Below are positions 25,225-43,220 of a stretch of 64,000 nucleotides of DNA, one piece after another. The DNA lies in the NCBI RefSeq assembly GCF_006345805.1, contig NC_043005.1, positions 806,001 through 870,000 of the forward strand, in the 5' to 3' direction. The notes beneath the pieces are model-generated. The model saw only the letters and a list, made by a program, of their open reading frames with translations. It searched no databases and was not told the origin of the DNA. Position 1 is the stretch's first letter, and each line of letters begins with the position of its first letter. The position numbers were made by a program, and so were the translations under genes. Origin of the DNA: Octopus sinensis. Taxonomy: Eukaryota.

Positions 25225-27380
25225 TCCAGGCCCATCAGGTATCAATGCAGAGATGCTCAAAATATCTGGTAGTGTCGGCTATAGCCTAGTCACCCATATA
25301 GTTAATCAGGTGATACACGAAGGAGTCATACCCAATGACTGGTGTAGCAACATAATAGTCAACTGCTACAAAGGTAAAGGTGACGCCCTAGATACAAATA
25401 ATTACAGAAGTATCAAGCTGTTGGATCAGGTAATGAAGGTTACGGAGAGGGTCATAGCCCAACTGATTAGGGAGAGAGTCAGCTTGGATGAGATGCAGTT
25501 TGGTTTCGTGCCAGGGAAAAGTACCACTGATGCTATATTCCTGGTAAGGCAGCTGCAGGAGAAATACCTAGCCAAAGATAAGCCCCTGTACCTGGCTTTT
25601 GTTGACATGGAGAAAGCCTTCGACAGGGTCCCCCGATCCCTTATCTGGTGGTCAATGAGGAAACTAGGGATAGATGAATGGTTAGTGAGAGCTGTACGAG
25701 CCATGTACAGGGACGCTGCTAGTAAGGTGAGGGTTGGCAACGAGTACAGTGAAGAATTCCAGGTAGAGATAGGGGTCCACCAAGGCTCAGTCCTCAGCCC
25801 CCTCCTATTTATCATAGTCCTCCAGGTAATAACAGAGGAGTTCAAGACAGGATGCCCTTGGGAGCTGCTCTATGCTGATGACCTTGCTCTAATTGCTGAG
25901 TCACTATCAGAACTAGAGGAGAAGTTTCAGGTGTGGAAGCAAGGTTTAGAATCGAAGGGCCTTGGAGTCAATCTAGCTAAAACCAAAGTCCTAATAAGTA
26001 GGACGGTAGACAAATCACAAACGCCTTCAGGTAGATGGCCCTGCTCGATCTGTAGAAAAGGTGTAGGTAGAAACTCTATAAGATGCACCAAGTGTAAGCT
26101 ATGGACACATAAGAGGTGCAGCAATGTCAAAGGAAGGCAATGTCAAAGGAAACTAGGAAGATGATTTTTGTATGTGGCAGATGCTCAGGAACAATAAACA
26201 CTGAAAATGCTCTGAGACCAACTTCTGTCACTTTCCAGGGAGAAAAACTAGAAATAGTTGATAGCTTCCATTACCTAGGTGACCAAGTCAGCAGCGGGGG
26301 CAGGTGTGCTGAAAGTGTAACTGCTAGTGTAAGAATAGCTTGGGCAAAGTTCAGAGAGCTCTTACCTCTGCTGGTGACAAAAGGCCTCTCGCTCAGAGTA
26401 AAAGGTAGACTGTATGATGCATGTGTATGAACAGCCATGCTACATGGCAGTGAAACATGGGCCATGACTGCTGAGGATATGCGCAAGCTCGCAAGAAATG
26501 AAGCCAGTATGCTCCGATGGATGTGTAATGTCAGTATTCATACTCGACAGAGTGTAAGTACCTTGAGAGAAAAGCTGGACCTAAGAAGCATCAGATGTGG
26601 TGTGCAAGAGAGACGTTTGCGCTGGTATGGCCATGTGGTGAGAATGGATGAAGATAGTTGTGTGAAAAGGTGCCACACCCTAGCGGTTGAGGGAACCTGT
26701 GGAAGAGGTAGACCCAGGAAAACCTGGGTTGAAGTGGTGAAGCACGACCTTCGAACTTTAGGTCTCACTGAGGAAATTACTAGAGACCGAGACCTATGGA
26801 AGTATGCTGTGCGTGAGAAGACCCAGCAGGACAAGTGAGACCATAACCAGTGGCCTTCTACATGGGATGTAGCCAGCCCACTTATGCATACCTTCCCTTC
26901 TTGGGACACAAAACTCTACTTGTGAAGACCTGTTGAGGCAAGTGAGAATCAGAATCAGAATCGAAATCGATCAATGGAAATTGCAGCTGAGTTACCAGTG
27001 CCGGTGGCACGTAAGAGAACCATCCGTTCGTGGCCATTGCTAGTGCCGCCCTAACTGGCCTCGTGCCGGTGGCACATAAAAAGCACCATCTGTTCGTGGC
27101 CATTGCCAGCCTCGCCTACCCCCGTGCTGGTGGCACATAAAAAGCACCATCCGATCGTGGCCGTTTGCCAGACTCCCCTGGCACCTGTGCCGGTGGCACG
27201 TAAAAAGCACCCACTACACTCATGGAGTGGTTGGCGTTAGGAAGGGCATCCAGCCATAGAAACATTGCCAGATCAAACTGGGCCTGGTGCAGCCTTCTGG
27301 CTTCCCAGACCCCAGTTGAACCATCCAACCCATGCTAGCATGGAAAGCGGACATTAAGCCATGATGATGATGATGATGAT
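25225..27380 (+). mobile_element. 5'-truncated RTE LINE (RT, PHD-like finger, 3' UTR)
   Basis: QFGFVPGKSTTDAIF, AFVDMEKAFDRV, GVHQGSVLSPLLF, LYADD. Frameshift from a short gcaatgtcaaaggaa duplication (~26120-26150) and a TGA at 26428. (GAT)n tail. Confidence 0.95.
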
Positions 27381-28056
27381 ATACACAAACAAACATGCAC
27401 ATATGTATATTTTTACATCCATACATACGTATGTATGATGATCATCTTTTTACCCCCACTTCCCATGCTGTAATGGGTTGAAGGGTTCAAAGAATATCTT
27501 GCTGAAAGTTACAATTTCTGGATTTCCTTCTAACACCATTCTCATTGTAACAGTGCCCAAGGTGCACTGGATGCATCTTATGGCACCATCGCTAGAAACG
27601 ATTTCTATGTCCTTAACAAAACTAATGTTCCTCCTTGATCTCTGGGCTTTACATATACCTTGGGATTGGTGAGAAATCTAGGGTAACAAATATATCAAAA
27701 GGAGTGGTTGAGTGTTGGAGAAACACTTGGGTAGGTCCAGTAACATCCCTACTTTCACAGAAAGAACGGTGGAGAGAAGAGACTTACTGCCAATTTTTGT
27801 CCAGCCAGAAGATCGTTGAGTAAAAAGAAGAGAGTCTAACTGGGAAATGAAATATAGAAGTAGGGGTGATAGGAGCATGGCAGTAGGGTCACAGGTGATA
27901 GTGACATGGATGATGTGAAGGATGTGTGATATTGGAAGTGAATGATAAGTTGTGTGTTAGAGGGATGAGTGATGGGAGTGTGATTAATATCAGAGAGTAG
28001 CAAAAAGGCTGAAGGAGTAGACTTTATATGTATACATACTTATATATATATATATA

Positions 28057-31000
28057 TCATCATCATCATCATCATCGTTTAACGTCCGTTCTCCATGCTA
28101 GCATGGGTTGGATGGTTCGACCGGGAATCTGGGAAGCCAGAAGGCTGCACCAGGCTCCAGTCTTATCTGGCAATGTTTCTACGGCTGGATGCCCTTCCTA
28201 ACGCCAACCACTCCAAGAGTGTAGTGGGTGCTTTTTACGTGCCACCTGCACTGGTGCCAGGCAAGGCTGGCATCGGCCACGGTCGGATTGGTGCATTTTA
28301 CGTGCCACCTGCACGGAAGTCAGTCGAGGCGGCGCTGGCATCAGCCACGATTCGGATAGTGCTTTTTACGTATCTCCAGTCCAGGGGTCCTGGCATCTGC
28401 CGGGTGCCAGTCATAGGATTGGTTCAATTTCGATTTCACTTGCCCCAACAGGTCTTCGCAAGCATAGGTGCCTGTCGTCGGATGAGGTTCGATATCGACT
28501 TCGCTTGCCTCAACAGGTCTTTGTGTGTCCAATGGAGGAAAGGCATGCATAAGTGGGCTGGACTCACTTGTCCTGCCTGGTCTTTTCACGCACAGCATAT
28601 TTCCAAAGGTCTCGGTCGCTGGTCAATATCCTCAGTGAGACCTAAAGTTCGAAGGTCGTGCTTCACCACTTCGTCCCAAGTTTTCCTGGGTCTACCTCTT
28701 CCACGGATTCTCTCCACTGCTAGGGATTGGCACTTTTTCACACACCTATCTTCATCCATTCTCGCCACATGACCATACCAGCGCAATCGTCTCTCTTGCA
28801 CACCACAACTGATGCTCCTTAGGTCCTACATTTCTCTCAGGGTACTAACGCTCTGTCGAGCATGCACACTGACATTACACATCCATCGGAGCATACTGGC
28901 TTCATTTCTTGCGAGCTTGCGCATATCCTCAGCAGTCACGGCCCATGTTTCACTGCCATGTAGCATGGCTGTTCGTACACATGCATCATACAGTCTGCCT
29001 TTTACTCTGAGCGAGAGGCCTTTAGTCACCAGCAGAGGTAAGAGCTCCCTAAACTTTGCCCAGGCTATTCTTACTCTAGCCGTTACACTTTCAGCACACC
29101 CACCCCCACAACTGACTTGGTCACCAAGATAATGGAAGCTATCAACTATTTCTAGTTTTTCTCCCTGGAAAGTGACGGAAGTTGTTTTCTGCAGATTTTC
29201 AGAATTTAATGCTCCCGAGCATCTGCCACATACAAAAACCATCTTCCTAGTTAGCCTTCCTTTGACATTGCTGCACCTCTTATGTGTCCATAGCTTACAC
29301 TTGGTGCATCTTATAGAGTTTCTACCTACAACTTTTCTACAGATCGAGCAGGGCCATCTACCTGAAGGCGTTTGTGATTTGTCTACCTTCCTACTTATTA
29401 GGACTTTGGTTTTAGCTAGATTGACTCTAAGGCCCTTCGATTCTAAACCTTGCTTCCACACCTGAAACTTCTCCTCCAGTTCTGATAGTGACTCAGCAAT
29501 TAGGGCAAGGTCATCAGCATAGAGGAGCTCCCAGAGGCATCCTGTCTTGAACTCCTCCGTTATTGCCTGGAGGACTATGATAAATAGGAGGGGGCTGAGG
29601 ACTGAGCCTTGGTGGACCCCTACCTCTACCCGGAATTCTTCACTGTACTCATTGCCAACCCTCACCTTACTAGCAGCGTCCCTGTACATGGCTTGCACAG
29701 CTCTCACTAACCATTCATCTATCCCTAGTTTCCTCATTGACCACCATATGAGGGATCGGGGGACCCTGTCGAAGGCTTTCTCCATGTCAACAAAAGCCAG
29801 GTACAGGGGCTTATCTTTGGCTAGGTATTTCTCCTGCAGCTGCCTTACCAGGAATATAGCATCAGTGGTACTTTTCCCTGGCACGAACCCAAACTGCATC
29901 TCATCTAAACTAACTCTCTCTCTAATTAGTTGGGCTATGACCCTCTCTGTAACCTTCATCACCTGATCCAACAGCTTGATACCTCTGTAATTATTTGTAT
30001 CTAGGGCGTCACCTTTACCTTTGTAGCAGTTGACTATTATGTTACTACACCAGTCATTGGGTATGACTCCTTCATATATCACCTGATTAACTATACGGGT
30101 GATTAGGCTATAGCCGACACTACCAGATATTTTGAGCATCTCTGCAGTGATACCTGATGGGCCTGGGGCTTTCCCTGTCTTCATGCTTCTAATTGCTTTA
30201 ACTACCAAGGAACTATCAACTCTGATAGCTGGTCCCTCTGTTGGGTCAACATTCGGCAGACTCTCTTTAACCCATTCATTTTCTTTATTCAGCAACCTTT
30301 CATAGTGGCGTCTCCAAACCTCTCTCTTTGCATCCTCATTTAGCGCAAGTGAACCATCTTCCATGCGAACACACTTCTCTCCTACCACATCACAATTCTC
30401 TCTCACACACTGTCTTGCAACGCGAAACACCTCCAGTTTTTGGTCCTCACGGCGCAGAACATTGGCAAATTTTTTCTTATCTGCTTCCCCTCTGGCTAAA
30501 TACACCTGTCTCCTAGCTTCCCTTTTAGCAGTCTGATACAATTCCCTGCTACCACCATTCTTCCAGTGTTTCCAAGTCTGTCTCTTTTCTCTAATAGCCC
30601 TGTCTACGACACTGTTCCACCACCACGTAACCTTGGGACGAGAGGGGACTTTGCACCAGCCACAGCAGGTTGTCCCTTAGAAACGTCCAGTTGCCCTCTA
30701 CCCCATGTGATACTCTATCCCCTTCTACTTCATCAAAGGCTTCAAGTAGCATGTCCCTAAATCTATGTCCATTCGCAGGATCTTTAAGCTTCCAGATCCT
30801 TCTTCTCCATGTTGGTCGTCTTCTGGTTGTCCTCCTAGTCCTGGTCCTAAAGTCACTAACTACCAGTCTATGTTGTGGGGTACATTCTTTGCCTGGGAAG
30901 GTTTTGGCATTTATAAGTAGCCATCCCTCCCTTTGCCTGGCAAGGATGTAGTCAATTTGGCTGGTATGTTGGCCCGATCGGTAGGTGACTTGGTGGCTGG

Positions 31001-31900
31001 TAGGTTTCCTGAAGGTAGTGTTGCAAATCATAAGATTATTTGCATCGCAGAACTCCAGCAGCCTGATTCCCTCCTTGTTGCGGGAACCATAGCCATGGCC
31101 TCCATGTACACCATGGAAGCCCCCAGCATGTCGTCCAACGTGACCATTGAAGTCACCAGCCACAAAGAGAAGGTCTCTGTCGTTTGTCAACGAGGTAGTC
31201 TGCAGCAGAGTGTCATAGAATCGGTCTTTCTGTCCATCGGGTAACCCCGGCTGAGGAGCATAGGCCGATATAATGGTTGCTAATCCATGATGAAGCACTA
31301 ATCTAATCTTAAGTATTCTGTCACATACTCTGATTACCTCAATTACTTTATCTACCCATTTCTCAGCGATAAGTATACCCACGCCACCAACTCCGCCAGT
31401 GTTCCCTGCCCAGAAAATCTTGTACCTGTGTTCCTTGCCTGTGAGGAACCTAGCAGAACCTCCTCTCCACCTTACTTCTTGCATGCAACATATATCCACA
31501 CATCTCCGTTCAAGCATCTCGACTATCTCGCCAGACCTACCTTTCAGTGTGCCAACGTTGAGGGTGCCAACCCTGAGGGTGTGGGAGGTATGGGCCCTAG
31601 AGACCCTGCGACGGCGGACAGTAGCTTCATGTACCTGAAAAGAAAGCTCGCATTTGGCAGAATTCATGAGCAAGTAATAGAGTAGCCTTCAATTCAACCT
31701 GCATAACACTACCCATTCATATTTTGCACTGTATGAACATTACCTTACATAGGTCAAAACTAGGGGTAGGGATGGTGAAAGAGCATTTGCAGTCTTCAAG
31801 GGAAGCAACCCAGGGGTGACAAAGAATAGGAACTTCCGGCATGTGTGGAGGTGGTGGGTGGGCGGGTGCACCCCAAACTAGGAAGAGGATTCTGTATTAT
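28057..31900 (-). mobile_element. Near full-length RTE LINE (APE-RT-PHD-like) with a few frameshifts
   Basis: ORF 30591-31673 has APE motifs (VGTLNV, MQEVRW, AYAPQ, AGDFNGH, SQIDYIL, PQHRLV); ORF 28826-30541 has the full RT. 3' UTR and (CAT)n tail at 28057. Confidence 0.95.
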
Positions 31901-32183
31901 CGTGAGAGCAAGAAAGTAGGTTTGAAAAATCTGAGAAAGTCAAATTTTAGGGGAACGATAAGTGGCTATGAAACGGGAGCAACAGGGAGACAAGACTAAA
32001 CGAAAAACATTACATGAATGGCATGTTGAAAACTGAAAGAATAATATGATGAGAGGGTACTGAAAGAATATGTGAGAGAAAAATTGAAGAATAATGATGA
32101 TACGTGCTAATATATATTTATTTAATTATGTTATTGTTTTCATATTGGACCTGAAGAGTGACTATATTTAAATTGAATTGATT

Positions 32184-32251
32184 TTAAGAACATGGTGGTA
32201 GTATGTTCTTACTACCACATATGGAAGAACATACTACCACCATGTTCTTAA
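32184..32251. repeat. Perfect 27-bp inverted repeat with a 14-nt loop
   Basis: ttaagaacatggtggtagtatgttctt / aagaacatactaccaccatgttcttaa are exact reverse complements. Confidence 0.95.
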
Positions 32252-32574
32252 TGATGAAATTAACCTCTCTGTCTATATATATACCCTCTTTGTAATGTTG
32301 GCAAATGAAATAAGTATAAAAATGTGCATTGTCCGTTTAGTTAAAAGATTCTATAAGTGGCTGAAGATTGCTCGACATTTTAAACTGATGTAATACTTAC
32401 AGTGTTTAATAAAATGAAGTAGTATGAAGCGATTGTACTACACTACCTTGGATATCCTTGTTGCTTATTTTGATTATAATCACCCCATTTGATTTATATG
32501 GATAATACTATACAAAATTCTGATGCCTTTAACCTAGATTCATCTGAATCTAAATTTTGCTGAACTTATATATA

Positions 32575-33598
32575 TATGACCGCTGAGGACATGCGTAAGC
32601 TCGCAAGGAATGAAGCCAGTATGATCCGATGGATGTGTAATGTCAGTGTGTATACTCGACAGAATGTAAGTATCTTGAGAGAAAAGTTGGACCTAAGAAG
32701 CATTAGATGTGGTGTGCAAGAGAGACGTTTGCGCTGGTATGGCCATGTGGCGAGAATGGATGAGGATAGCTGTGTGAAAAAGTGCCACACCCTTGCAGTT
32801 GAGGGAACCTGTGGAAGAGGTAGACCCAAGAAGACCTGGCATGAAGTGGTGAAGTATGACCTTCGAACATTAGGCCTCACCAAGGAAATGACTAGCGATC
32901 GAGACTTTTGGAAATATGCTGTGCTTGAGAAGACCTGGCAAGCCAAATGAGACCATAACCTGTGGCCTATGAAATGAGACCTTAACATGTGGCCTATGCC
33001 AGGAGCGTAACCACCCCGCTTATGCGTACCTTTTCCTTCTTTGGTCACTAAACTCTGCTTGCAAAGACCTGTTGAGGCAAGTGAAATCAAAATCAAATTC
33101 GATGACTGGCATCCGTCCTAGCAGGATGCTGAGGGCACCATACGAGGGTGATCATTGACAGAGCAGCTAACCGGCTTCCGTGCCAGTGGCACATAACAGG
33201 GCACCATTCGAGTGTGATCGTTACCAGCATTGCTTTACTGGCACTTGTGCCCATGCTAGTAAGGTGCCAAGGGTACCATCCAAGCATGATTGTTGCCAGA
33301 GAAGCTAACTGGCTCTGTGCCGGTGGCACGTAAAAGGGCACCATTTGCCGGTGGCATGTGTAAAAAAATTTGAGTGAGGTCATTGCCAGTATCGCCTGAC
33401 TGGTCCCGTGCCAGTGGCACATAAAAAGCACCCACTACACTCTTGGAGTGGTCGGCGTTAGGAAGGGCATCCAGCTGTAGAAACTGTCAGATCAAGATTG
33501 GAGCCTGGTGCGGCCGTCTGGTTCGCCAGCTGTCAGTCAAAATCGTCCAACCCATGCCAGCATGGAAAGCGAACGTTAAACGATGATGATGATGACGA
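32575..33598 (+). mobile_element. RTE 3' fragment (variant 3' UTR)
   Basis: MTAEDMRKLARNEAS...LEKTWQAK*, hairpin units and a (GAT)n tail. Confidence 0.9.
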
Positions 33599-33636
33599 TA
33601 TGTTATATATATATGTATATATATATATATATATAT

Positions 33637-34180
33637 ATCATCATCATCATCGTTCAACGTCCGCTTTCCATGCTAGCATGGGTTGGACGGTTCAACTGGG
33701 GTCTGGGAAGCCCGAAGGCTGCACCAGGCCAGTCAGATCTGGCGGTGTTTCTACAGCTGGATGCCCTTCCTAACGCCAACCACTCCGTGAGTGTAGTGGG
33801 TGCTTTTTATGTGCCATCGACACAGGTGCCAGACGAGGCTGGCGAACGGCCACGCTCGGATGGTGCTTTTTACATCCCACCGGCACGGAGGCCAGGCGAG
33901 GCTGGCACGGCCACGATCGGATGGTGTTTGTTACGTGCCACCAGCACAGAGGCCAGTCAATGCGGTGCTGGCTACGGCCATGTTCGGATGGTTCTCTTAT
34001 GTGCCACCGGCACTGGTACCACAAACTACAAATTCCATTGATGTTGATCGATTTCGATTTTGATTTGATTTTTTGATTCTTTGATTTTTGATTCTCACTT
34101 GCCTCAACAGTAGAGTTACGTGTCCCAAGAAGGAAGGTATGCACAGGTGGACTGACTACGTCCCAGGTAGGGGCCACGGG
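33637..34180 (-). mobile_element. RTE 3' UTR copy, tail-to-tail with the previous copy
   Basis: (CAT)n tail at 33637 followed by reverse-complement units. Confidence 0.9.
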
Positions 34181-40443
<6,263 letters not shown>

Positions 40444-40669
40444 TATGAGGATGATAAGTTGAATATTAATTTAATTAACATCAATTTAAAACCAGTAGCC
40501 TAGCATATAGAAAAATTGAAAAAAATTGTAATACATGCGTATAAGAAGGAATGGACACTAAGTGGACATCCAATATGCTAGAAGAAGATCACCTACGATC
40601 TAACCCCAATTTTTACAAAAGTGCTTAAAAAACAGCTCAACGTGATTTTCAGTAAAGATGGGTCATGGT

Positions 40670-41110
40670 GACCCGGTAGAAACATCACAGAGAATAGTTC
40701 CTTCAGAAAAAGGCGGGTGTTCAAACTTGCAGCAGAAAAACTGTGAAGAGACGTCCAGAGAGTCCAAGGAGGGTTGGTCAGTAGCCATAGCAACCAAATC
40801 AATCGAAATAGGTGTAGGCAGGCGAGATAAGGCGTCGGCGGGGATGTTGTCAGTGCCAGCGATGTGGTGAATGTTACTAATGAACTGTGATATGTAGTCC
40901 AATTGCCTTGTTTCTCTGGGCAAGTACCGGTCCGTTTTGCCAAAGGGAGCGAACGTTAGCGATTTGTGGCCGGTGAAAATAGTGAAATTTCTACCTTCGA
41001 TAAGATAAGAGAAATGCTTCACCACCAGGTAAATTGCTATGAGTTCTTTACCAAACACACTATATCTCAATTCAGCATTTTTCAGCTGGCGAGAGAAGGC
41101 TGATGACTGG
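40670..41110 (-). mobile_element. Gypsy RNase H / pre-integrase fragment
   Basis: AELRYSVFGKELIAIY..VKHF..LIEGRNFTIFTGHKSL, RQLDYISQF, HIAGTDNIPADALSR, ILCDVSTG. Confidence 0.85.
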
Positions 41111-41149
41111 CTTCGGCTGTTGACAGATTCAAAAGCTTGGATGGCTGTA

Positions 41150-42448
41150 GTAGACAGCGTGCAACTTGACGGGTGTGTTCTGCAATGGTCCGCGAGATTT
41201 CGGAGGATTGCATGTCGGCCGGAGCAGAACAAGCTCGTGAGGAAGACGACGTAGGGAATTGAGGCAAAAGAAAAGGACTCATGTTTAGATGATAATAGGA
41301 ACGGAACGCCACGAAGAACAAGCTGGTTGAAAGAAACGTCCTTAGAAATAGCAGTCAAACACCAATGTCAGAGTGAATGTATGTATAGAAAGGATGAATA
41401 TCTCTGGCGATCCGGAAGGAGTTACACTGTTGCTAAATCTGAAAAACGTCAGTATAGCTGTATTGGACTTTCAACGGTTCTTTTTTCAGAATGCACACAT
41501 TCCTCCGTGGTAAATCGTTCTTTTCGTAAACGAACTTCTACATTGTTCTTGAGGTCATATCACAGTAATGGAAAACTTGGAATTGTGTTCAACGCCTACT
41601 GTAGATTGGATGCCGTTCTCTTGTGAAGTAACAGAAAAGTGGCTTCATAAACAGGAACCAATAGGCAGCGAGTTAATTGAGGTCGAAATTGATGAGACCT
41701 TAATTATCCTCCGGAAATACGGGAGGGGTCGAATTCTGAGCCAAGTTTGGTTGTTTGGTGGAATAGAACGAACCAGTAAGCGTCGTATTGTTGTGCCACT
41801 TATTAACAAGAAGCATGACAAAGCAACACTGGTTCCTCTGATCCAGACATATATCAAACTTGGCTCAGTTATTTGTAGTGATTCTTGGGCTGCCTACAAG
41901 AATTTAAGCAGTTTGGGTTATCACCATTATGTGATAAACCACTTCGAAAATTTTATTAATGAAACACACACACACAAAACATTGAACGTTTGTGGGGGGA
42001 GATCAAAGAGTGGATAAGAAGGCCAGGTATTCGGTCAAAATATTTGCATCAATACCTGGCCAGATATTTATTTATCTCCCCAGAGAAAAATAAAATACAT
42101 TTACTCCACAAATTTTTTCGAGAGACAGCCCAATTATATGTACCACTCTCAGACCAGCTACGTCCTTCGACTACTTAAGCATAATTCCAGGGACCCGGTT
42201 CTAACCATAACCCTAAACCCTAAATTCCGTTACTGCAGTATGGTGTAATTGTAAATAAATACCAAAATCTCGTGATTTTAGTGGGTGCATCCAATAGCTT
42301 TTCTGTCAACCTCAAAATCTTCATGGATATGAAGAAATAAAACCGACGTATACGACAGATATGTAAAACATATTTCTGTGTACTTTTCTCTGTTCTGATG
42401 TGTAGAAATTGTTGTGCGCACGCACACACAGACAACAAAAGTTCTCCA
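41150..42448 (+). mobile_element. Merlin (IS1016/ISXO2-like) DNA transposon remnant
   Basis: VEIDETL..RKYGRGR...VWLFGGIER, TLVPLIQ.YI..GS.I.SDSWAAY..L...GY.H..INH..NF and LHQYLA.Y match the Merlin DDE transposase. The left boundary is uncertain. Confidence 0.85.
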
Positions 42449-42734
42449 GATATTTAGCCGTTATTTTTAGTATATTGACATTTTTAGTTTCAGTAGCGAG
42501 AGGGGTGTGAATCAGTTTTGGAGTTTTTCATAGCAAATTTGAAATAAAAAAATTTTTTTCCCATATTTTTAATCTCCGTATTTTTCCACGTAGATTGAAA
42601 AAAAAAAAATTCGGAAAAAAGTTAAAAATTCAAAATTTGGGGGAAAATTAAAAATTTTGAAAGCGTCCAGTGGGAAATATGCAATAATAACATCTGCTTC
42701 TTTAATTTAAGTAATTAGTTGAGTGTAATCTATT

Positions 42735-42962
42735 TCTTTACTACCCACAAGGGGCTACAAACATAGGGGACAAACAAAGAAAGACAAACGGATTAAGTCT
42801 ATTATATCGACCCCAGTGCGTAACTGGTACTTATTTAATCGACCCCGAAAGGATGAAAGACAAAGTCGATCCCGGCGGAATTTGAACTCAGAACGTAACG
42901 ACAGACGAAATACTGCAAAGCATTTCGCCCAGCGTGCTAACGTTTCCGCCCAGCTCGCCGCT
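42735..42962 (-). mobile_element. tRNA-derived SINE with full tail
   Basis: Reverse complement of the 57765-57990 copy. Confidence 0.85.
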
Positions 42963-43220
42963 TCACGAATTTGCGTGTAATCCTTGCGCAGGGGCCATGT
43001 TAATATTCTGTATCGTTCCAATTTTAGAATATGTACCGCCTTAGCTAGTACATTTGTTAGTTGAGTGTAATCACCATTCAGAACTGCATCGATACACCAA
43101 ATTTGAAAACAATCTGAGCAAAATTAAAGGGGCTAATTTGTGACTGAAACAGACTTGATCCTATTTACACTAGTGTCCTGACTTTTATGCAACTCTCTCC
43201 TTCGACAAAAAAATAATAAA

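Noticed and set aside
26990-27230. CRISPR-like regularly spaced repeats
   Set aside because: The spacers are homologous to each other, the array is part of a eukaryotic LINE 3' UTR, and there are no cas genes.
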